Below, in pieces: positions 58,487 through 64,000 of a stretch of 64,000 nt of DNA (within the stretch, counting starts at the first letter, position 1; every line of letters begins with the position of its first letter). The notes under the pieces are model-generated. The model ran no database searches. It was not told the origin of the DNA and saw only the letters and a list, made by a program, of their open reading frames with translations. This DNA comes from a virus, in the IMG/VR virus record IMGVR_UViG_3300012006_000002, positions 38,767 through 102,766 of that record; one strand, given 5' to 3'. The translations under genes and the position numbers were made by a program.

Positions 58487-58766
58487 AACCCCGGCTTCGG
58501 CCGGGGTTTTCTTTTGCCCGCAATCCGTCGCGGGTGAGGCAAATGGTACAGCCCCATCACCATTGCACCGGGGCCGCGTCCCTCCACCCACCCCCGACCG
58601 ACGCGCCGGGGCCGCGTCCATGTATGGTGCAATGCCTATACCATTTCCACTTTTCTCCATTGGTGTGAAGCCTGTACCATTCTCTCATTGTCAACGGTGC
58701 CGTTTGCTTGTGTTAGTATATAGCAGGTCAGTCGCGGGTGTAGGAACTGCGACTGCGGAGACACTC
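58487..58766 (+). repeat. Terminator + cassette element 5
   Basis: Full element with a doubled TACCATT box, as in element 1. Confidence 0.9.
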
Positions 58767-59168
58767 ATGGCACGCACGAAACGGGACGGCATCAGTCCCC
58801 TCGGACGTTGGATACGTCCGGTCAAGCGTCGCGCGATTTACGCGCGCGATGGCTACAAGTGTGGCTATTGCCAGAAAGACCTGCGGGTCGTCAAGCGCGA
58901 GGTGGATCGCCAGCTCGATCATATTGATGGTCGTGCCGTGCGGTTTACGGACGGCGGACAGGCGGTTCGCAATAATCATCAGTCAAACCTGATCACGGCG
59001 TGTGCCGCTTGCAATGCGGCAAAAGCGGACATCGCGTTCACGGTGTTCGTGAAACGCTTTGCCGGTGCAGACAAGCGCATCGCACGACTGGTCAATCTCC
59101 CGCTTGACCTTGTGGCAGCGAGGAACGACCTCGGGCTTCCGCCCGTGCGAGGGTACGCTCAAGCCTAG
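58767..59168 (+). CDS. HNH endonuclease paralog (cassette 5)
   Basis: 133 aa; 27 differences from the 56440 protein by manual alignment (~80% identity). Confidence 0.85.
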   Translation: MARTKRDGISPLGRWIRPVKRRAIYARDGYKCGYCQKDLRVVKREVDRQLDHIDGRAVRFTDGGQAVRNNHQSNLITACAACNAAKADIAFTVFVKRFAGADKRIARLVNLPLDLVAARNDLGLPPVRGYAQA

Positions 59169-59174
59169 CAAGGG

Positions 59175-59421
59175 AACCGCCCCGGTCAAACCGGGGCGGT
59201 TTTTTCGATCCGCAATCCGTCGCGGGTGTGGGGTAATGGTACAGACCCCCCACCATTGAACCGGGGCCGCGTCCCATGTGCCACCCCCGCCGGATGTGCC
59301 GGGGCCGCGTCCATGTATGGTGCCGGGGGTGTACCATTATCCGATGCCGATGATGCCGTTCGCACCTGTTAGTATATAGCAGTGGTCGGGACTGTCAACA
59401 CCGACCCGGCTGGGAGGCCAC
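59175..59421 (+). repeat. Terminator + cassette element 6
   Basis: ACCGCCCCGG-TCAAA-CCGGGGCGGT plus T-tract, then the full element. Confidence 0.9.
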
Positions 59422-59931
59422 ATGCAGAATCGCTCACTCTCAACCCGCGTGCGGGTGGAAGCCCTGATCAGGCAACTGGAAGAACACCTTCCACGATACC
59501 GCAGTAATGCGGAGGTCGCCAAGACCAATCCCATGCACTTCAGGAGTGTATGGAGTTATACAAGCAACATTACTCCGCAATATATTACGGAGTATTATGC
59601 GAAAATCCTCTCGGATTTGGAGACGACCATCAACAATCTCAAGAACGACCTTCAGCACAGCACGTATGCTGATGATGTCTCCCGACAGGTTGTCATCAAG
59701 ATATATAATGATGAGAAGAATGAAGCTTCTTATCGTATACTTGAGATCGAGAAAATGTACTTCACGGACATCAATGACCCCAATCTCTATTGGGTAGTTG
59801 AGAGTAACCACGGGGACGGGTGGATGGTATGTGACGATACCGACCGTCCTGCGGATCTCCCCGCAATCTGGAAACGGGCCACAAGCCGGGTGCTTGTGGG
59901 TCAGGTGGGAGATCACCTGCACTTCGCCTAG
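59422..59931 (+). CDS. Hypothetical protein, 169 aa (cassette 6)
   Basis: SD GGAGG; ORF bounded by element and terminator. Confidence 0.75.
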   Translation: MQNRSLSTRVRVEALIRQLEEHLPRYRSNAEVAKTNPMHFRSVWSYTSNITPQYITEYYAKILSDLETTINNLKNDLQHSTYADDVSRQVVIKIYNDEKNEASYRILEIEKMYFTDINDPNLYWVVESNHGDGWMVCDDTDRPADLPAIWKRATSRVLVGQVGDHLHFA

Positions 59932-59935
59932 GGTC

Positions 59936-60179
59936 AAGCCCCCGATTAGGGGGCTTTTCTTTTGCGCCGATTGTGTCGCGGGTGTGGGAAATGGTACAGC
60001 CCCCCCACCATTGAACCGGGGCCGCGTCCCTCTGCCCACCCCCGACCGACGCGCCGGGGCCGCGTCCATGTATGGTGCCGGGGGTGTACCATTACCTGAT
60101 GCCGATGATGCCGTTCACACCTGTTAGTATATAGCAGTGGTCGGGACACCCAACACCCCGACCCGGCCGGGAGGGCCAC
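59936..60179 (+). repeat. Terminator + cassette element 7
   Basis: Full conserved element. Confidence 0.9.
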
Positions 60180-60494
60180 ATGACGACCGAGACCGTGACC
60201 AACACGATCTACAGCTTGACTGCGAGTATGCCGGGATGCCTGCCGGATAGTCAGGATGTCTATCCCGATCTCGCAAGCGCGCGGGCGGCGATGCCAGCCT
60301 TGATCCAGAGCTGGGCAGACGGATGGGAGTTTGTCTACGAGAACGGGGTGGAGGTTCCCAACGAGTACTGGGAGGTCGTCCAAGGGGACGACTGGGCTGA
60401 CCTCACCATCGGAAGGTACTCCAGCATCCTCATCCGGATCAATCCGGTGGATGTTGACTGGGACTGGGAGGACGACGAGTACCGCGCTTACTAG
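60180..60494 (+). CDS. Acidic hypothetical protein, 104 aa (cassette 7)
   Basis: D/E/W-rich; SD GGAGG. Confidence 0.75.
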   Translation: MTTETVTNTIYSLTASMPGCLPDSQDVYPDLASARAAMPALIQSWADGWEFVYENGVEVPNEYWEVVQGDDWADLTIGRYSSILIRINPVDVDWDWEDDEYRAY

Positions 60495-60501
60495 GTCGCA
60501 C

Positions 60502-60755
60502 GAGACCCCGGCTTCGGCCGGGGTTTTCTTTTGTCCGCAATCTGTCGCGGGTGTGGGAAATGGTACAGCCCCATCACCATTGCACCGGGGCCGCGTCACT
60601 CCACCCACCCGCGCCGAATGCGCCGGGGCCGCGTATGCTGTGGGGTGGGGGGGCATGACCCTGTACCATTCTCGAAGACCGACGATGCCGTCCAGACCTG
60701 TTACACTAGGGGCAGTGGTCGGGAGACGACACCCCGACCCGGCCGGGAGGGCCAC
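60502..60755 (+). repeat. Terminator + cassette element 8
   Basis: Full conserved element; perfect dyad GACGATGCCGTC. Confidence 0.9.
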
Positions 60756-61091
60756 ATGGAGTACACGACCACCGACGCGCGGCTTGTCGAACTTGCACAC
60801 GCAAGGGCGACGGCCCTGTGGGATGCTCTGGATTTGGGGCAGGAGGGTGCGATAGAGGCGGGCGAAAAGGTCGCCGAAATGGACTACATATATGAGGGTT
60901 GCCTACGCGACGGGAAGTTCTCATATGTAGAAGCGTTAGTTGCCATCCACCTGACGCATCAGTTTTTGTCGGGTCTAAACGTGCAAACGTGGAAGGACGA
61001 GGGCGAGGAAGAGCAGGAGGACGAGCGGACTAACCCTCGGGATTATCCCGAGGAGGCAGGCTTGTACGACGTGATGATGTACGAGCGGTAG
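60756..61091 (+). CDS. Acidic hypothetical protein, 111 aa (cassette 8)
   Basis: MEYTTTDARL...DEGEEEQEDE. Confidence 0.75.
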   Translation: MEYTTTDARLVELAHARATALWDALDLGQEGAIEAGEKVAEMDYIYEGCLRDGKFSYVEALVAIHLTHQFLSGLNVQTWKDEGEEEQEDERTNPRDYPEEAGLYDVMMYER

Positions 61092-61096
61092 CCCTC

Positions 61097-61345
61097 AACC
61101 CCCCGACGCCAGTCGGGGGGTTTCCCTTTGCCTGCAATCTGTCGCGGGTGTGAGGCAAATGGTACAGCCCCATCACCATTGCACCGGGGCCGCGTCACTC
61201 CACCCACCCGCGCCGAATGCGCCGGGGCCGCGTATGCGTATGGGTGGTGAGCCTGTACCATTACCTGATGCCGATGATGCCGTTCACACCTGTTATCATA
61301 TAGCAGTGGTCGGGACACCCACCCCGACCCGGCTGGGAGGCCATC
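61097..61345 (+). repeat. Terminator + cassette element 9
   Basis: Full element; -10 variant TGTTATCAT. Confidence 0.9.
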
Positions 61346-61693
61346 ATGAACGCATTGTCAAAAGTTGAGTTGTGGCTGAACAATGACGATACGCTGTACA
61401 AGCGTATCAACAACATCGTTGACAGCGCATGGGAGACGGTTCAGCAAACGTCTACCCGTGAGAAGGGCGAACCCCGCCGGAATGAGTGCATTTTCCTCAT
61501 TCGGGATAGTCTGGAGGAAATCATGGAAGAGGTTTACGACAATGTTGTAAGCCAACTTGATGCCTACACTATGGATCTCGTTGGAGGCGACATATTGCGG
61601 GCGGCTATAGACGACTTGGATCTGGCGATCCTTGCCAATCGCCTACTGACATCCCGATGGGATGACTGCAAGTACGTGCATGGCGAACTCTAA
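61346..61693 (+). CDS. Acidic hypothetical protein, 115 aa (cassette 9)
   Basis: LWLNNDDTLY motif; SD GGAGG. Confidence 0.75.
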   Translation: MNALSKVELWLNNDDTLYKRINNIVDSAWETVQQTSTREKGEPRRNECIFLIRDSLEEIMEEVYDNVVSQLDAYTMDLVGGDILRAAIDDLDLAILANRLLTSRWDDCKYVHGEL

Positions 61694-61696
61694 AAC

Positions 61697-61899
61697 AAAG
61701 CCCCCCGGTTTGGGGGGCTTTTCTTTTGCGCCGATTTCGTCGCGGGTGTGGGGCCGGGGCCGCGTCTGCCATTGTGTCGCGGGTGATGAGCGATTGGTGC
61801 CGAGCCTGTACCATTACCTGATGACAACGATGCCGTTCAGACCTGTTAGTATATAGCAGTGGTCGGGACTGTCAACCCCGACCCGGCTGGGAGGCCACC
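61697..61899 (+). repeat. Terminator + shortened cassette element 10
   Basis: One GGGGCCGCG box, duplicated TCGCGGGTG, no AATGGTACAG. Confidence 0.85.
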
Positions 61900-62124
61900 G
61901 TGACGATCAAGGAATACAAGGCTATCGGTAGGGCCATCGGAGAGAGTGTCACCTACGAGGGCGACAGGATCGAGCTGTGCAACCAGCTCTACAAATCCAT
62001 CTCCGCGCTTCAGGGTCGCAAGACCCTGACCGTCAACGGCAATCGTCGATTGACGTGGGAGGATTTGCTGGAAGCGGCAAATCTGCCGCTCATCTACGAC
62101 GCGCCGTCATTGCGCGGGTTTTAG
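61900..62124 (+). CDS. Hypothetical protein, 74 aa (cassette 10)
   Basis: GGGAGGCCACC-GTG start. Confidence 0.7.
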   Translation: MTIKEYKAIGRAIGESVTYEGDRIELCNQLYKSISALQGRKTLTVNGNRRLTWEDLLEAANLPLIYDAPSLRGF

Positions 62125-62134
62125 TCCATTGACA

Positions 62135-62308
62135 CGGGCGTGACTTGGGGCGCGATGCTTGCAGGCGTCGCGCACAGGGGTGCGCCCACCATCCAAACCG
62201 CTGCACCGCGCTTGCGCGGAGGGGAGGGTGGACTGCTCATCGTTGCTGAATGGGGCAGCCCAAACAGCGAAATAATGATGAGTGGGAGAGGGTATATAAG
62301 AGACCCTC
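62135..62308 (+). ncRNA. Candidate structured RNA in the 3' region of cassette 10
   Basis: Four consecutive hairpins with G-U pairs between the stop codon and the terminator. Confidence 0.4.
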
Positions 62309-62310
62309 AA

Positions 62311-62563
62311 GGAACCCCTCCGGCGTTGGGCCGGAGGGGTTCCCTCTTTGCCATTGTGTCGCGGGTGTGAGGAAATGGTACAGACCCCCCACCATTGAAC
62401 CGGGGCCGCGTCCCATGTGCCACCCCCGCCGGATGTGCCGGGGCCGCGTCCATGTATGGTGCCGGGGGTGTACCATTACCTGATGCCAACGATGCCGTTC
62501 GCACCTGTTAGTATATAGCAGTGGTCGGGACACCCAACACCCCGACCCGGCCGGGAGGGCCAC
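62311..62563 (+). repeat. Terminator + cassette element 11
   Basis: GGAACCCCTCCGGC...GCCGGAGGGGTTCC hairpin, then the full element. Confidence 0.9.
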
Positions 62564-62917
62564 ATGACGACCCCGATCACGATCACTAAGTACGGCTATC
62601 CGCTGCGAGAGGATTGGTCATGGAGCTCGTTCCCCACCCAACAGACCGGGTTGGGGCTTGAGCTCCATCACCATGAAGGACATGTTGCCTTCAATGTGCT
62701 GTTGCCTGATGGCAAGGCACAAAGGGTGCTGGTCTTCGCGGACTACCAGATGCGCGAAGATAACTATTCTCTATGGGCATGCCGTCCAACCGTAGAGATT
62801 GTGTGGGAGGGTGTGACCATGCAGCGACTGAAGCTCGATCAGGGCCAGTCGTCATGGCAATCCATGCGCATCTATATCATGAAGGAGGTTATAAGGTTCT
62901 GTCAAGAAAACTTCTAG
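62564..62917 (+). CDS. Hypothetical protein, 117 aa (cassette 11)
   Basis: SD GGAGG; bounded by element and terminator. Confidence 0.75.
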   Translation: MTTPITITKYGYPLREDWSWSSFPTQQTGLGLELHHHEGHVAFNVLLPDGKAQRVLVFADYQMREDNYSLWACRPTVEIVWEGVTMQRLKLDQGQSSWQSMRIYIMKEVIRFCQENF

Positions 62918-62921
62918 CACT

Positions 62922-63086
62922 AGCCCCCCGGTTTGGGGGGCTTTTCTTTTGCGCCCAATCTGTCGCGGGTGAGGGCGATTGGTGCCGAGCCTGTACCATT
63001 ACCTGATGCCGATGATGCCGTTCACACCTGTTATCATATAGCAGTGGTCGGGACACCCAACACCCCGATCCGGCTGGGAGGCCACC
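62922..63086 (+). repeat. Terminator + minimal cassette element 12
   Basis: Lacks both GGGGCCGCG boxes but keeps TGTCGCGGGTG, CTGTACCATT, GATGCCGTT, the -10, the hairpin and the SD. Confidence 0.85.
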
Positions 63087-63407
63087 ATGCTGATCCGGAA
63101 CTTGAGCGATTTTGTCAAGTCATTTGACAGCGCGCCCTACGCGTGGCCCGGTGGGTATCCCACCTACTACGTCACCGCTGATGGGGAGGCCCTGTCGTAT
63201 GACGCGGTGGTTGACAACATAGAGGAGGTTATCTTCGCCATTGTCAACCCGGAGTACGGGGACGAATGGAACGTCATAGGTCTTGATATAAACTACGAAG
63301 ACCATGATCTCTATTGCGCTCACACGCACAAGCGTATAGAGAGCGCATACGGATCTGCGGAGGAGGAGTTCAAGCCAATCAACTTTGAGGAGAACATCTA
63401 CTTCTAG
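63087..63407 (+). CDS. Acidic phage protein with YAWPGGYP motif, 106 aa (cassette 12)
   Basis: YAWPGGYP...DGEAL...INYED..LYC.H...IESAYG. Confidence 0.75.
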   Translation: MLIRNLSDFVKSFDSAPYAWPGGYPTYYVTADGEALSYDAVVDNIEEVIFAIVNPEYGDEWNVIGLDINYEDHDLYCAHTHKRIESAYGSAEEEFKPINFEENIYF

Positions 63408-63430
63408 CACCTGTCTGTGCTAGTCATACA

Positions 63431-63684
63431 GGACACTCCGGTTGTGTGGCCCGGAGTGTTTCTGTTTGCCCGCAATCCGTCGCGGGTGTGAGGAAATGGT
63501 ACAGACCCCTCACCATTGCACCGGGGCCGCGTGCCCCCGGCCACCCCCGCCGGATGTGCCGGGGCCGCGTCCATGTATGGTGCCGGGGGTGTACCATTAC
63601 CTGATGCCGATGATGCCGTTCACACCTGTTAGTATATAGCAGTGGTCGGGACACCCAACACCCCGACCCGGCCGGGAGGCCACC
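63431..63684 (+). repeat. Terminator + cassette element 13
   Basis: Full conserved element. Confidence 0.9.
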
Positions 63685-63930
63685 ATGGGAAACCCAAACA
63701 ACTTTACACTTGTCTACGCATATGATGCGATAGACGTTCTCAAGAAGTACGCACGAAGTAACTATGTCAGTGGAGGACATTGGGCAGTAGAATCATTGGA
63801 AGATAATGATTATCTACAGTTTCTTCCAGATGGATTTACCGCCTTCAATGCTTCAGATATCGAATACGCAAAGAAGAGGCTTCGCGAGTGGTGGATGTTG
63901 GCAGTGGAACAGGAACAGGATTGCTACTAA
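63685..63930 (+). CDS. Hypothetical protein, 81 aa (cassette 13)
   Basis: GGGAGGCCACC-ATG. Confidence 0.75.
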   Translation: MGNPNNFTLVYAYDAIDVLKKYARSNYVSGGHWAVESLEDNDYLQFLPDGFTAFNASDIEYAKKRLREWWMLAVEQEQDCY

Positions 63931-63955
63931 TCTAATGTCTGGAGAGGAAACAACA

Positions 63956-64000
63956 ATGAACGAATCTAGTATCAAGCGGGTCTACGAAGAGACATTGCGT
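63956..64000 (+). CDS. Partial ORF running off the window
   Basis: SD GAGG; MNESSIKRVYEETLR...; not preceded by a cassette element. Confidence 0.45.
   Translation, partial: MNESSIKRVYEETLR

Noticed and set aside
62140-62370. 76-aa ORF after cassette 10
   Set aside because: No SD, and it runs through the terminator into the next element.
56231-63684. CRISPR array (12-bp repeats with 26-nt spacers)
   Set aside because: Repeats are too short, occur only in pairs, the spacers resemble each other, units are separated by genes, and no cas genes are present.
56160-63780. Many overlapping ORFs spanning the repeats (e.g. 56673, 57363, 58215 and 60531 long starts; minus-strand ORFs)
   Set aside because: They translate the GC-rich repeat and cross terminators; the true starts follow the SD at 57114, 57567, 58767 and 60756.
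56231-63930. Classical integron with attC sites
   Set aside because: No RYYYAAC/GTTRRRY cores and no IntI in the window; each cassette has its own promoter and terminator. Kept only as an analogy.
1-64000. Stop-codon reassignment
   Set aside because: Standard-code ORFs are full length (DnaE, TerL, ThyA); TAG, TGA and TAA all end genes at sensible positions; the tRNA is Leu, not a suppressor.

Overview
This window is part of a large, probably lytic, tailed phage genome; baseplate-type genes suggest a contractile tail. No integrase, rRNA or host housekeeping context is visible. Layout: (1) 1-7.3 kb baseplate and tail-fibre genes. (2) 7.4-12.4 kb lysis-type genes (M23 peptidase, SLT, holin candidates), a metallophosphoesterase, an HNH protein and tRNA-Leu(TAA). 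(3) 12.4-23.7 kb sigma70-promoter-driven early/middle genes: a candidate structured sRNA, a phosphoesterase, an AAA ATPase, a primase-polymerase/helicase and a RuvC-like resolvase. (4) 23.7-28.4 kb TerS, TerL and portal. (5) 28.4-42.2 kb, minus strand: DnaE, a nuclease plus methyltransferase, thermonuclease, DHFR and ThyA, interleaved with basic low-complexity proteins rich in hydrophobic-x-K-[S/A/G] motifs. (6) 42.3-55.8 kb large proteins of the same style, including four intact HipA/PI3-PI4K-like kinase domains and a polyprotein-like ORF; these are inferred to be capsid-packaged, injected effectors. (7) After a repeat/palindrome junction at about 55.9-56.1 kb, a GC-rich array of 13 single-gene expression cassettes. 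Each cassette is a conserved ~140-250 bp element, then a short ORF, then an intrinsic terminator (the last cassette has no terminator within the window). The element carries an inverted AATGGTACAG/CTGTACCATT pair, two CCGGGGCCGCGT boxes exactly 26 nt apart, a dyad operator, an extended -10, a 5' hairpin and an SD. Its sub-blocks are combinatorially shuffled between units, and two HNH paralogs are embedded in the array. The cassette array and the kinase/effector block are the strongest candidates for undescribed systems. All functional calls come from motif reading by eye; no database searches were run.
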